NCBI GenBank assembly: GCA_963760795.1
Contig: CAVXEP010000034.1
Location: 47,557 to 111,556 of the forward strand
Length of the DNA: 64,000 bases
Source of the DNA: an uncultured delta proteobacterium
GTDB lineage: Bacteria > Desulfobacterota > Binatia > UBA9968
Direction of reading: 5' to 3'
The notes beneath the pieces were generated by a model. The model was not told the origin of the DNA. It was given only the letters and a program-made list of their open reading frames with translations, and searched no databases. The position numbers were made by a program, and so were the translations under genes. Below, in pieces: positions 30,328 to 40,705 of the stretch; within the stretch, counting starts at the first letter, position 1; the number at the start of each line of letters is the position of its first letter.

Positions 30328-31548
30328 ATGGCAGATAACCCTAAGAATATTTCCTGGCGCTACATCACCCTCGCCGCCGCGGCGATGCTGATGATCACCA
30401 TGGGGGCGCGCCAGGCGCAGGGACTGTTCGTTTTCCCGATCAGCGGATCGACGGGGGTGAGTATTGTCGCGATTAGTTTCGCCATGGCGGTGGGGCAGTT
30501 TCTCTGGGGCGCGGTGGCGCCGGTGGCGGGTATGCTCGGCGATCGCTTTGGCGCCGCGCGCGTCCTCGTTGGCGGCGTGCTGGTGTTGGCACTGGGCACG
30601 GCGCTGACGCCCTTGTTTACCACTAGCGCGGGGCTGGTGTTTACCATCGGTGTGCTCACAGCGGTGGGATCGGGCGCCGGCAGCTTTTCGATGTTGGTCG
30701 GCACGGTGATGCACCGTTTACCGCCGGCCCGTCGCGGCATCGCCGCCGGGATCATTACCGCAGGCGGTTCCTTCGGTCAATTCGTCTTTGCGCCGATCAT
30801 TCAGGCGCTGATTTCTCTCTGGGGCTGGATGGGTGCGATGTGGTCCTTGAGCGTCATCGCGCTCGTGGCCTTGCCGTTGGTGCGGCCGATCAGCGGCCCC
30901 GCGATCGGAAATGGAGCGGTGAGTGCCAATCAAACGGGCGCCGATTTGCGCGATATGTTGAAAAAAGCTTTCGCCGATCGCAGTTATTTGTTGCTGCATG
31001 GCAGCTTTTTGACCTGTGGCTTTCACATCGCTTTTCTCGTCACCCATCTTCCCGGCGAAGTGGATCTCTGCGGTTTGCCGGCATCGGTGGCGAGCTGGTC
31101 GCTGGCGATTATCGGTTTGTCGAATATTGCCGGCTGTATCACCGCCGGTTGGTTGCTCAATCGCTTCCGGGGCAAGTATGTTTTGTTCTGGATGTACGGC
31201 TCGCGGACGTTGCTGATTTTGCTTTATCTCGCCGCGCCCAAAACCGAGTGGACGTTTTATCTGATGGCTGTCGGACTCGGCTTTTCATGGCTGGGAACGG
31301 CGCCGCCGACCGCAGGCGTGGTCGGGAAATTATTCGGCACCCGCTACCTGGCGACGCTCTACGGCCTGACCATGTTGTCGCATCAGACCGGCGCGTTCTT
31401 CGGCGCCTGGCTGGGCGGACTTGCCTTCGCGCACTACGGCAATTATTTGTCGATGTGGTATGCCGATGCCTTGTTCGCCGCGGTCGCGGCGCTTTTGAAT
31501 CTGCCGATCCGCGAACCGCGAGTCGAACCCGCCGCGCTGCCGGCATAA
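30328..31548 (+). CDS. MFS transporter
   Basis: About 12 TM; [12 protein letters not shown]; CGFHIAF; [12 protein letters not shown]. Confidence 0.9.
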   Translation: MADNPKNISWRYITLAAAAMLMITMGARQAQGLFVFPISGSTGVSIVAISFAMAVGQFLWGAVAPVAGMLGDRFGAARVLVGGVLVLALGTALTPLFTTSAGLVFTIGVLTAVGSGAGSFSMLVGTVMHRLPPARRGIAAGIITAGGSFGQFVFAPIIQALISLWGWMGAMWSLSVIALVALPLVRPISGPAIGNGAVSANQTGADLRDMLKKAFADRSYLLLHGSFLTCGFHIAFLVTHLPGEVDLCGLPASVASWSLAIIGLSNIAGCITAGWLLNRFRGKYVLFWMYGSRTLLILLYLAAPKTEWTFYLMAVGLGFSWLGTAPPTAGVVGKLFGTRYLATLYGLTMLSHQTGAFFGAWLGGLAFAHYGNYLSMWYADALFAAVAALLNLPIREPRVEPAALPA

Positions 31549-31577
31549 TTTTAGTTCGATCAGGAAGGATTTTTGCC

Positions 31578-31894
31578 ATGTCAGAATTCACCAATGTCAC
31601 GGTCATCAAAAAGGCCAACGTTTACTTCGACGGCAAAGTGTCAGCCGCACGGTGGTTTTTGCCGATGGCGCCAAGAAAACCCTCGGGATCATGCAGCCGG
31701 GCGAGTACGAGTTCAGCACCGGCGACAAGGAGGTCATGGAAATCATCAGCGGTGAATTGGCTGTCTCTCTCCCCGGCGCCGCCAGCGCCAGGCCGGTGAA
31801 AGCGGGAGAGTCTTTCGAGGTGCCGGCAAATTCTAAATTCCGCCTGGTGGTCAAAACGTTGACGGATTATTGCTGCTCTTTCATCGCATCCTAG
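31578..31894 (+). CDS. ppnP: Pyrimidine/purine nucleoside phosphorylase (frameshift near 31640)
   Basis: [15 protein letters not shown]...[16 protein letters not shown]...DYCCSF. Confidence 0.88.
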
Positions 31895-32196
31895 CTATTG
31901 GCGTTGGCTAGTCGCTAATTACTAATTCCACTCCGAAAAATTTGCCCCGGGATGGCACGTCGACGGTGAGCCGTTCTCGCCTCCGGTGTCGACGTTCGTA
32001 AAATAATCTCAGAGTGCTGCAACCGCGGTTGCCTCTGCGGTTGCCTCTATTGTAACCTGCGGTTGCTTCGTGCCGCTCACTTTCGCACCGGGCACTTTCG
32101 TAATCCTCGTAATATCCTTTACTTACATCTGTTTCCGCTGCTGGCATTCAGCTTGCTCATTGGCTTGGGCAAAGACTTGAAAGCGAGGGTGTTCAA

Positions 32197-32880
32197 TTGC
32201 TGGCAGTAGGACAACGGTGCGAGGTTCCCGCGATAAAAGTTGAGCGCTATGCGGCCAAACCGGCGCGCTACTTTCCCTACGATCCCGAAGCGCCGCAGGT
32301 CGCCGCGCGCGTCATCGACGCGATTCTCGATTGTCGATCGACTCTTTATGTCGATCATATTGGCAGCACGGCGGTGCCCGGTTGCGGCGGCAAGGGGATC
32401 ATCGATTTATTGGTATCTTATCCAGCGGGCGCGTTTTTCGTTGCCAGGGATGCCCTCGATCAGCTAGGCTTTCAACCGCAGGGCGGCCCTGAGCCATTTC
32501 CCGAATCGCGGCCGATGCGGGTCGGGGCGGCGACCTATCGTGGCAAGACGTATCTGGTTCATGCTCATGTGATCCGCAGCGGTGACCGCGAGGGACAGGA
32601 GCTCATCAGGTTTCGCGATCGCTTGCGTGCCGATGCCGAGCTAGTGCAAGCCTACCAAGTGGAGAAATTATCGATTCTCTCCAGCGGTATCACTGTTAGC
32701 ACGGATTATTCGAAGGCAAAGAGTGAATTCATCCGTGGCGTGCTTGGCGAGGTTCATGGAACCAAGCCTGTTGCATCGTCTCGCACTGAATCGATTGCCA
32801 GTGCGCCGGCATCGCAGATATTTACTCGCTCGGTAGCCTTGCCATTGAGAAGCACGCCTGCCCGTGCCTATAGTGACGGT
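32197..32880 (+). CDS. GrpB family protein (in this sequence it reads in frame into the helicase)
   Basis: DHIGSTAVPGCGGKGIIDLLV, FRDRLRAD...Y..EK, YSKAKSEFI. Confidence 0.8.
32845..32874 (+). promoter_or_regulatory. Candidate promoter giving a leaderless helicase mRNA
   Basis: TTGAGA-18 nt-TATAGT, 6 nt before ATG 32881. Confidence 0.45.
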
Positions 32881-34089
32881 ATGCTATTTGCTAAGCTCGG
32901 TTTGTCCGACAAGGTTCTCGAAGGGGTTAAGTCGGCCGGTTACACCGACCCGACACCGATTCAGCTGCGCGCGATTCCGTTAGCGCTCGAAGGGCGCGAT
33001 CTCATCGGCTCGGCACAGACCGGCACGGGGAAAACCGCCGCGTTCGCCTTGCCGATCATTTCTAAACTCGGCCAGCATGGAAAAACCCGCGCTCTGATAC
33101 TCGAGCCGACCCGCGAGTTGGCGGCGCAGGTTGAGACAGCGTTCCATGATTACTCGCGCTTTACCGACCTGCGTACGGTGGTGTTGTACGGCGGCACCGG
33201 ATACGGCAAGCAAGATCAAGCGCTGCGCCGCGGCACCGATATCGTGGTCGCGACGCCGGGCCGGTTGCTCGATCAATTGCAGCGCCAGATGCTGCGCCTG
33301 AACGATATCGAATTTTTGGTGCTGGATGAGGCCGACCGCATGCTCGATATGGGCTTCATGCCCGACGTGCGCAAGATCGTCGACCGCGTGCCCAAATCTC
33401 GGCAGACCATGTTGTTCTCGGCGACGATCCCGCCTGAGATCGACGCGCTGGTGCGCTGGGCGATGAAAAACCCCGAAACGATTCAGATCGGCCAGCGCCG
33501 TTCGCCCGCCGAAACCATCACCCACGCGCTTTATCCAGTCGATGTCGCGCAGAAACAAGAATTGCTAGCAGAGTTATTGGAGCGCACCGAATACGATCAG
33601 GTGTTGATCTTCTGCCGCACCAAGAACGGCGCCGACCGGGTGGCGCGCCGGCTCACTGAAAAGGGGCATTCGGTCGCGGTGCTGCATTCCAATCGCACCC
33701 AGCGCGAGCGTGAGCAGGCGCTCAACGGTTTCCGCAACGGACGCTATGAAGTTATGGTCGCCACCGACATCGCCGCCCGGGGCATCGACGTCGAGCAGAT
33801 CAGCCATGTGATCAACTACGATGTGCCGCATCATCCGGAAGATTACGTCCATCGCATCGGCCGCACCGGCCGGGCGCTAAGCGTCGGCGATGCCTTCACC
33901 CTGATGACCGCCGAAGATCTTCAGGAAGTCGCCGCCATCGAGCATTTCATCGGCCAGAAGATTCCCAAGCTAAAACTAGAAAATTTCAACTACGCATTCA
34001 CTCGTCTGCTCGATCCCAATCCCAAACCGACTTTCGGCGCCCGCGCCGGCTCCAAGCGTGCCTACGGGCCGGGCCGGGGACGCTGGTAG
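32881..34089 (+). CDS. DEAD-box RNA helicase (RhlE-like)
   Basis: AQTGTGKT, PTRELA, TPGRL, DEAD, SAT, ARGID, HRIGRTGR. Confidence 0.93.
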   Translation: MLFAKLGLSDKVLEGVKSAGYTDPTPIQLRAIPLALEGRDLIGSAQTGTGKTAAFALPIISKLGQHGKTRALILEPTRELAAQVETAFHDYSRFTDLRTVVLYGGTGYGKQDQALRRGTDIVVATPGRLLDQLQRQMLRLNDIEFLVLDEADRMLDMGFMPDVRKIVDRVPKSRQTMLFSATIPPEIDALVRWAMKNPETIQIGQRRSPAETITHALYPVDVAQKQELLAELLERTEYDQVLIFCRTKNGADRVARRLTEKGHSVAVLHSNRTQREREQALNGFRNGRYEVMVATDIAARGIDVEQISHVINYDVPHHPEDYVHRIGRTGRALSVGDAFTLMTAEDLQEVAAIEHFIGQKIPKLKLENFNYAFTRLLDPNPKPTFGARAGSKRAYGPGRGRW

Positions 34090-34171
34090 CCCCTCCCTAG
34101 CCGATCGCACGACTCGCGTCACTGAGTGAAGCTAGCTGGTTGTGAGTTTTAAATTGCTGTTGACGAAGTAG

Positions 34172-34251
34172 TCCGTCATGCCGGTGAAAACCGGCATCCA
34201 TCTTCGGCATCGGCAATGAGCCTGGATTCCCGCCTGCGCGGGAATGACGGA
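34172..34251. repeat. REP-like composite palindrome GTCAT...GGAATGAC
   Basis: GTCATGCCGGTGAAAACCGGCATCC...GGATTCCCGCCTGCGCGGGAATGAC; second copy at 61226-61311. Confidence 0.75.
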
Positions 34252-34302
34252 AATAGCATTGTGGTCCAACGGTGTTTAACTACAGACCTCCCACTCCAAG
34301 CA

Positions 34303-35355
34303 TTATTGTACGAACAATTTCTTGATCTGATCGGTCACTTCCGTCGGTTGCTTGATGATGTCGACGGCGGTTTTCTGCAATTGCTCACCGCGCAGGGGCG
34401 CGATTTCGATGGAAAGCTTTTTCGCTTCGGCGAGTAATTCCGGGTCTTTCGAAGCTTTTTCGTAGCCGTCGCGCAGGATTTTGACGCGGTCGGCCGGGGT
34501 CGCCGGCGGCGCGATTAGCGGCCTTGCCCACTCACCGCCTTGGAGCATCGCCTCGGCGACGCGCCGTTTGGTCGCCGCAGTTTTGTACTCATCCATCAAT
34601 TCGTAGATCGTCGGCGCGTCGGGGATGCGCGGCGATCGCTTGTGGCCGCTCTGGGCGAGGAAACGGACGAACTTGTTTTTGAGCCAGCTTAAAAATGGCT
34701 CGCGGCCGTAGTACGTCGCGATCGTCAATCCCATGCAGGCGACCTCGCCGCGCTCCATGGCCAGAGCGATCTCGCTGCTGCCGGGATAGCCGGTGACATG
34801 GCCGACCTTCATGCCGACGGTTTCTTCGAGGATCTTCGACATGACGTAATCCGAACTGCCGACGCCGGTGGAGCCGCATTTGGGTGGCTCTTTCGCGCGA
34901 ATGATATCAGCGACGGATCTGAACGGCGCGTCGGCGCGGGCAAACATGATCATGTCGTCGTTTTCCAAGGAGCCGATCCACTGAAATTTGGTCAGGTCGA
35001 ACTTTACTTCCTTCTGGCCGGAGAGCTGGGCCAGGTAAAAATTATTATGCGGCGCCAACAAAGTCAGTCCATCCGGCTTGGCCACTCCCCAAATATAGTT
35101 GGCGGCGGTAACCGAACCAGCGCCGGGCATGTTCTGCACGGTGAAGTCGGGATTGCCGGGGACGTACCTGCCCATGTAGCGGGAAACTAGACGGGCGGCG
35201 CGATCGTAGCCGCCACCGGTGCTGAGGCCGACAACGATGCGGATCTGTTTGCCTTTGAAGAACGACTCCTGGGCGTGCAGGGCTTGCGACGGCCATGCCG
35301 CGGCCAACATGAGCATCAGGACAGCCCAGATCATTTTGTCGCGTCGTATCCTCAT
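34303..35355 (-). CDS. Tripartite tricarboxylate transporter substrate-binding protein (TctC/Bug family)
   Basis: IVVGLSTGGGYD, VQNMPGAGS, KPDGLT, GYPGSSEIALAMERGEV. Confidence 0.88.
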   Translation of the reverse strand: MRIRRDKMIWAVLMLMLAAAWPSQALHAQESFFKGKQIRIVVGLSTGGGYDRAARLVSRYMGRYVPGNPDFTVQNMPGAGSVTAANYIWGVAKPDGLTLLAPHNNFYLAQLSGQKEVKFDLTKFQWIGSLENDDMIMFARADAPFRSVADIIRAKEPPKCGSTGVGSSDYVMSKILEETVGMKVGHVTGYPGSSEIALAMERGEVACMGLTIATYYGREPFLSWLKNKFVRFLAQSGHKRSPRIPDAPTIYELMDEYKTAATKRRVAEAMLQGGEWARPLIAPPATPADRVKILRDGYEKASKDPELLAEAKKLSIEIAPLRGEQLQKTAVDIIKQPTEVTDQIKKLFVQ

Positions 35356-35531
35356 TTTTCCTCCGGGTCTTTAATAAGATCTCTCGCGCTGCAAATATAA
35401 AGTGTCGGCCGCGCAATGCAACCATGAATGGCAGCTCTGCTTGACAGTGGATTCACCGCCGGGTGATATTTAGATCACGCTCGATATTTGCGCCGCGTTT
35501 CACCCAAACCAACCTAGTATGAAAGACTTGA

Positions 35532-36175
35532 ATGTACCTACCCAGATACTTTGAAGAAACTCGCGTCGAAGTCCTGCACCAGCTCATGCGTGAGCGTCCG
35601 CTCGCGACCCTCGTGACATTGGGGCCGCGGGACTCAACGCCAATCATCTGCCCTTCGAACTCGACTCTGAGCCGCTGCCCAACGGCACGCTGCGTTGTCA
35701 TGTCGCCCGGGCCAATCCGGTGTGGCGCGACTATTCCCTCGGCACCGAAGCGCTGGTTATTTTTCATGGGCCGCAGGTTTACATTTCGCCGTCTTGGTAT
35801 GAGACCAAGAAACAGAGCGGAGAAGTGGTTCCGACCTACAACTATGCCGTCGTCCACGCCTATGGCGCGCTGCGAATTATCCAAGAGCGCGCGTGGCTGC
35901 GCGGCTTGGTGACGCGCTTGACGGAGCGCTTTGAAAGCGCCAGCGCGGCGCCCTGGCAAGTGAGCGATGCGCCGGAGGATTTTATCGACAAACAGTTGGG
36001 CGCCATCGTTGGCATCGAGATCACGATTACAAGATTAGCAGGCAAATGGAAGGTCAGCCAAAATCGCCCGGCGCTGGATCGCGTCGGTGTCGTCGAAGCC
36101 TTGAGCGCAACCGCCGGCGCCGACAGTTTGGCCATCGCGCAAATGATTAAAGAACGTTCGTCGTCGTCGTCGTAA
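35532..36175 (+). CDS. PaiB family FMN-binding protein (frameshift near 35625)
   Basis: MYLPRYF, HVARANP, YISPSWY, VPTYNY, GKWKVSQNR. Confidence 0.88.
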
Positions 36176-36252
36176 CTCGGGACAAACCATGCGAGGCATT
36201 GCAGCGCCGACGGTAGCGGAATAGAGTCCTGGCCAACCAGATTAGAACATCG

Positions 36253-36642
36253 ATGCTCTCTTCGGTTTACTTAATCCTTGGCGGTATCCTATTACTTGCC
36301 ACCTTGGGCCGGGTGGTTGTTCGCGGCGGAGCCAAAGGAACTGACTGGGCGCTTGAAACCGCATTTATCCGTCTCGACTTCCCGCCTGAGCATAGAGCCG
36401 TAGCGCAGCAACTCGCCGCCGGTCTCGCCGAAGTCGTCGGCATGAAGATCAAGCAGTTGACGCCGGACCATAATCTAACTCAGATCGCGGATTGGGCCGA
36501 TGACCGGATCGACGCCAAGGATCTGATCACGCTATTCGTCGTCGCCTTTCACGTCAGATGCGATTCGAACACCACCTTTCGCGCTCTGGTCGAGAAGGTT
36601 GCCAATAAGAAGGCCGCGGATAGCGGTAAGAGGGCCGTGTAA
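36253..36642 (+). CDS. Hypothetical protein with N-terminal TM helix
   Basis: Fills an intergenic gap, plausible composition; no family recognised. Confidence 0.6.
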   Translation: MLSSVYLILGGILLLATLGRVVVRGGAKGTDWALETAFIRLDFPPEHRAVAQQLAAGLAEVVGMKIKQLTPDHNLTQIADWADDRIDAKDLITLFVVAFHVRCDSNTTFRALVEKVANKKAADSGKRAV

Positions 36643-36769
36643 TGGACTGTTGGGCAAACTTTGGTTGTTCCTGAAGCTACGAACGGAGAATTTGACGGTT
36701 GGCAACGTTTACTTGCCGGCGACGTGTGCGATGCCATACTGATCGTCGACTCCTGACCACTATTTAACC

Positions 36770-37441
36770 ATGATCAAAGCACTGATCTTCGATTTCGACG
36801 GCATCATCATCGATAGCGAAAGTCCGGAACTATTGGCCTGGCAGGAAGTCTTCGCTGCCCACGGGAGGGAGCTTGACTTGGACGTCTGGGCCGATCTGGT
36901 CGGCCGGCCGGGCAACCACTTCGATCTCTACCGATACTTTCAAGAGCATATCGATCCCGTCGCCGACATCGATGCTCTGCGCATAGAGCGGCGTGCCCGG
37001 GTCATCGCGTTGACGGAAGCGCAGCCGGTATTGCCGGGAGTGGAGGATTACTTGCGCGGCGCTTTCGATCTCGGCTTGAAAATTGGCATGGCGTCGAGTT
37101 CTTCGGCGAACCATGTGCGCGGACACTTACAACGGCTCGAACTACTACAATACTTCCACACGACCAAATGTTTCGAGGACACCGAAGCCCATAAGCCCGA
37201 ACCGGCGCCCTATCGAGCGGTGCTCGACGAGCTCGGTGTCGCTCCTCATGAAGCCGTGGCGTTCGAGGATTCGCCCAACGGCGTGACCGCAGCGCGGGCG
37301 GCTGGCATCTTTTGCGTCGCCGTGCCCAATCCGGTGACCTGTCGCTTGCCGCTGGATCATGCCGATCATCGTTTGGCGTCCCTCGCCGATGAAGCGCTCG
37401 AACAACTCCTGATGCGGGCGCTGGCGAAGATTACATCGTGA
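36770..37441 (+). CDS. HAD family phosphatase (beta-PGM/CbbY-like)
   Basis: FDFDGIIIDSE, KPEP, FEDSPNG. Confidence 0.9.
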   Translation: MIKALIFDFDGIIIDSESPELLAWQEVFAAHGRELDLDVWADLVGRPGNHFDLYRYFQEHIDPVADIDALRIERRARVIALTEAQPVLPGVEDYLRGAFDLGLKIGMASSSSANHVRGHLQRLELLQYFHTTKCFEDTEAHKPEPAPYRAVLDELGVAPHEAVAFEDSPNGVTAARAAGIFCVAVPNPVTCRLPLDHADHRLASLADEALEQLLMRALAKITS

Positions 37442-37578
37442 ACGGCGTAATTGGGCGCATGTTACTTTGGCCGGCAACTTCATGCCATATTGGTACCGTT
37501 GGAGTTGCGCCGGATTCGATCTGGTTGTTGCCGGTTATGTGCTGGGACGATTTGCCAAGTCATAGAAAAGGAAATGTC

Positions 37579-38574
37579 ATGCTCCACCTTTTCAGCTTCG
37601 TTGTCGCGATTCTTATCGGTCTTCTTTCCCTCATTGCTCCCGTGGCGGCGCAGCCTTTGGAGAAACTGCGCTTGGCCTACAGCGCCATCGCCGGTTCGCA
37701 GGCGTCATTTTGGATTCCCTACGAAGCGGGGGTTTTCCGCAAGCATGGATTGGACGTCGAATTACTTTACGTTGGCGGCGGCGGGCGCGCGGCGCAAGTG
37801 GTGCAGTCGGGCGAAGTGCCGATCGGGACTTTTACCGGTGGTGCGGTCGTCAATGCCAATCTGGCGGGCGGCGACCTGGTCATCATCGCCAGCTCACTGA
37901 ACGTGTTTACCTTCGTCGTCATGGCCAAGCCCGAGATCCGCGGCGTGGAAGATTTGAAAGGGAAAAAGATCGGCATCTCGCGCTTTGGCTCGGCAACCGA
38001 CTTTGGCTTGCGCTTCGCGGAGAGCCAATGGCCGATCAAGCGGCAGCGGGATTTTGCCGTGATCCAGATCGGCGGCGTGACCGACATCTTGGCGGCGCTT
38101 CGAACCGGCGCCGTCGATGCCGGCGTGATCAACGCCGAGCTCGCCATCCTGGCGCGCCGGGACGGGTTTCGCGACGTTGCCGATATTTCAAAGATGGGTC
38201 TGAGCTTTCCCACCTCGTCGATTGTCAGCACTCGTTCCTACATCAAGCGCAATGAAAACACGGTCAGAAAATTCATCCGGGCATACGCTGAGGGCGTCCA
38301 CTTCGCCAAGACGCAGCGCGCTTTCAGCGTCCAGGTCATGAGTAAGTATATGCGCAACAATGACGTCGCGTTGGTCAACGATCTCTACGATTTGTACATT
38401 GTGCAGAATATCCCGAGGATACCGCGGCCAACGCCGGAGCCGATAAAAACCGTCCTCGACCAAATTGCCGAAACCGACCCGCGGGTTGCCAGCCTCAAAC
38501 CGGAGCAGTTTATCGACGGACGGTTTTTTGCCGAGCTGGAGAAGGAAGGGTTTATTCAGAAGCTGTGGAAATGA
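37579..38574 (+). CDS. ABC-type substrate-binding protein, NMT1/THI5 family
   Basis: Signal peptide; FRKHGLDVEL; DLKGKKIGISRFGS. Confidence 0.87.
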   Translation: MLHLFSFVVAILIGLLSLIAPVAAQPLEKLRLAYSAIAGSQASFWIPYEAGVFRKHGLDVELLYVGGGGRAAQVVQSGEVPIGTFTGGAVVNANLAGGDLVIIASSLNVFTFVVMAKPEIRGVEDLKGKKIGISRFGSATDFGLRFAESQWPIKRQRDFAVIQIGGVTDILAALRTGAVDAGVINAELAILARRDGFRDVADISKMGLSFPTSSIVSTRSYIKRNENTVRKFIRAYAEGVHFAKTQRAFSVQVMSKYMRNNDVALVNDLYDLYIVQNIPRIPRPTPEPIKTVLDQIAETDPRVASLKPEQFIDGRFFAELEKEGFIQKLWK

Positions 38575-38589
38575 GAATGAGTCGAATGA

Positions 38590-38662
38590 GGTTAACTACT
38601 GTGCCCACCCGCAGCCGCGTGGTGGCAACGGCGCGGCTGTCGGGTGCAGCGGAGGGTTAGAC
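38590..38662 (-). mobile_element. attC site of the sulfatase cassette (right arm damaged)
   Basis: GTCTAACCCTCCGCTGCACCCG...CGGGTGGGCACAGTAGTTAACC, 3 nt after the stop codon. Confidence 0.8.
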
Positions 38663-38665
38663 GGT

Positions 38666-40054
38666 TCATCGCAGGTCCGGATCTGGATCTCGGGTAACGG
38701 GCTTCAGGCCGATGTGGTCGGCCATTTCAGCGCCCGTGAAGTTCTCCGTGAAACTTGCCGCTGTTTCCGGGAGCATCGTCGCGTTCCACGTGTTCCACTC
38801 GCCAACGAGTCGATCGTATATGTCGCGGTGGCGGTCCCTGAGGTTGGCACGTTCGAGCGGATCGGCGACCACGTTGAACAAGAACGTGTTGTCGAGAATC
38901 TTGAGGTATTTCCAGTCCCCAATGCGAGCCGCTCGCTGCCACAACGACTTGTAACGCCAGAACAGCCTACGCTCCACGATCGGCACCCCTTGGGCGAGAT
39001 GAGGTAGAAGGTTCATCCCGTCTGACGGATAGCCCGGATCGGCGTCGACGCCCGCGGCGCCTAGCAAGGTGGGAAGCCAGTCCATGTTGACCGTCACCTG
39101 CTCGCTGACGCGCCCGGCGGCAATGCGCGCCGGCCATGACACGATCGCGGGAATCCTTAGACCACCTTCAAGTAACTCCATCTTCTTGCCAGTGAATGGC
39201 CAGGTGTCGGAGAAGCGCTCGCCCCCGTTGTCGCTGGTGAAAATCACGATCGTGTCCCGGTTGATGCCGTTCTCCTCCAGGGCGACAAGTACCCGGCCGA
39301 TTTGCGTGTCCATCGCCACAACAATTCGACGGTAGGTCTCCTGCGACCCGCCGTCCCAGTGGATCAGATCGCGGCCACGCAGGCGCTCCGCCTCTGCCTG
39401 ATCCCCCGGCGCTTCCCATGGCCAATGCGGGGCGTTGAAGTGCAGACTAAGCAGGAACGGCCGTCCGGTCTGCGCATAGTCCCGGATGACAGTGACAGCC
39501 CGATCGCCGAACAGGTCCGTACTATACCCTTCTTCCGAAATCGGCGTGTCCTTATCCCAGAAGTCGGGCGCCCCCCTACGCCCCGTGTGGAAGTAGTAAT
39601 CCAGGGTTCCACCGCGGTAACCGTAGAAGTGGTCGTAGCCGCTCTTGAGCGGGCCGAAATCTGGCAAACCGCCCAGATGCCACTTGCCAATCAACGTGGT
39701 GCCGTAACCGCCCTTCCGCAGCAGCGAGGGGAGTGTTGGGTGCTCGGGTGGTAGGCCGACGCCGGGCGGGCTGTTGGCCGATAGCGGCTCCTCCAGACCG
39801 ACGGGCATTCGAAGTTGGTAACGACCGGTGATGATCGCCACGCGCGACCCCGTGCATACGGGCGAGCTCGCATAGCCCTGTGTGAATCGCACGCCTTGCG
39901 CAGCCAACCGATCGATGTTCGGCGTGACCAGATCACGACGACCGTAGCACGACACGTCTGCGTAACCCATGTCGTCAGCAATGATGAACACGATGTTCGG
40001 CCGTCGGGCTTGCGGCTGCACGCGACGCGTGATTTCGTCTGTCATCGGTCCCAT
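38666..40054 (-). CDS. Sulfatase (arylsulfatase A-like), cassette-borne
   Basis: PNIVFIIADDMG, CTGSR..ITGRY, GKWHLG, NAPH, FTSDNG, EGGLRIP. Confidence 0.92.
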   Translation of the reverse strand: MGPMTDEITRRVQPQARRPNIVFIIADDMGYADVSCYGRRDLVTPNIDRLAAQGVRFTQGYASSPVCTGSRVAIITGRYQLRMPVGLEEPLSANSPPGVGLPPEHPTLPSLLRKGGYGTTLIGKWHLGGLPDFGPLKSGYDHFYGYRGGTLDYYFHTGRRGAPDFWDKDTPISEEGYSTDLFGDRAVTVIRDYAQTGRPFLLSLHFNAPHWPWEAPGDQAEAERLRGRDLIHWDGGSQETYRRIVVAMDTQIGRVLVALEENGINRDTIVIFTSDNGGERFSDTWPFTGKKMELLEGGLRIPAIVSWPARIAAGRVSEQVTVNMDWLPTLLGAAGVDADPGYPSDGMNLLPHLAQGVPIVERRLFWRYKSLWQRAARIGDWKYLKILDNTFLFNVVADPLERANLRDRHRDIYDRLVGEWNTWNATMLPETAASFTENFTGAEMADHIGLKPVTRDPDPDLR

Positions 40055-40103
40055 CGTGATCCTTTACGTGGAGTAGTAGTAGTCCTCGCGGTCCCAGGTT
40101 GCC

Positions 40104-40189
40104 GTCTAACGCGATGCCGCTGAGCCGTCGTCGCGGATATACCAGTCAAGTGCCATAGCCAATTATCGGCTCAAGCTACGGGTTAGGGC
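40104..40189 (-). mobile_element. attC site
   Basis: GCCCTAACCCGTAGCTTGAGCCG...CGGCTCAGCGGCATCGCGTTAGAC. Confidence 0.88.
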
Positions 40190-40616
40190 TATCGGCTCGC
40201 ACCAGAAACCGCCTGTTCAACAAAAGAGACAATCTCAGCTACTGAAACGTTGAAAACACCACCTTTTGCGCTCTTCCAGTCGGCGTAACCAGGCTGGAAA
40301 TCTGGAAACGACACGTTCGACGTAGATAGTTTGGTAACACTCTTCTCCAACGCCACTCTGGCAACGGGCGCGTGCGGTAGTTCAATCAGAATGCCTTTCG
40401 GACCTTTAACCTTCACTCCAACGATACTGATATGAAAAACGTCTCCAAGCTTCGGAGCGCGATCTACTTTTGCGATCCTTAGCAGGGAGCCAGTCTCACC
40501 GGGGCGGGTCTTATATTCCCACACCGGCCCTCGGCAAAGCACTGCGCGGAAACTTGACCGGAACCAAGAAACCCCAAACCAATCAAAGCCAATCCCCAGA
40601 GTTTCATCTTCGTCAT
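40189..40616 (-). CDS. Cassette-encoded hypothetical secreted protein (frameshift near 40530)
   Basis: ATG directly after the attC; signal peptide MKLWGLALIGLGFLGSGQVSA, then FAEG/VWEYKTRPGE...FHISI...LPHAPV...GGVF. Confidence 0.75.
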
Positions 40617-40618
40617 AG

Positions 40619-40705
40619 CCCTAACGGCATGCGGCCAAGCCGTGGCAAACAAGCGAGCCTGAAAGGCGAGCGCTCTCGACATCAGACTTAAGCCGCGGGT
40701 TAGCC
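40619..40705 (-). mobile_element. attC site
   Basis: GGCTAACCCGCGGCTTAAG...CTTGGCCGCATGCCGTTAGGG; upstream gene stops inside the TAAC. Confidence 0.85.

Noticed and set aside
31908-32147. 79-aa minus-strand ORF
   Set aside because: No RBS or recognisable motif; its composition is driven by the short repeats.
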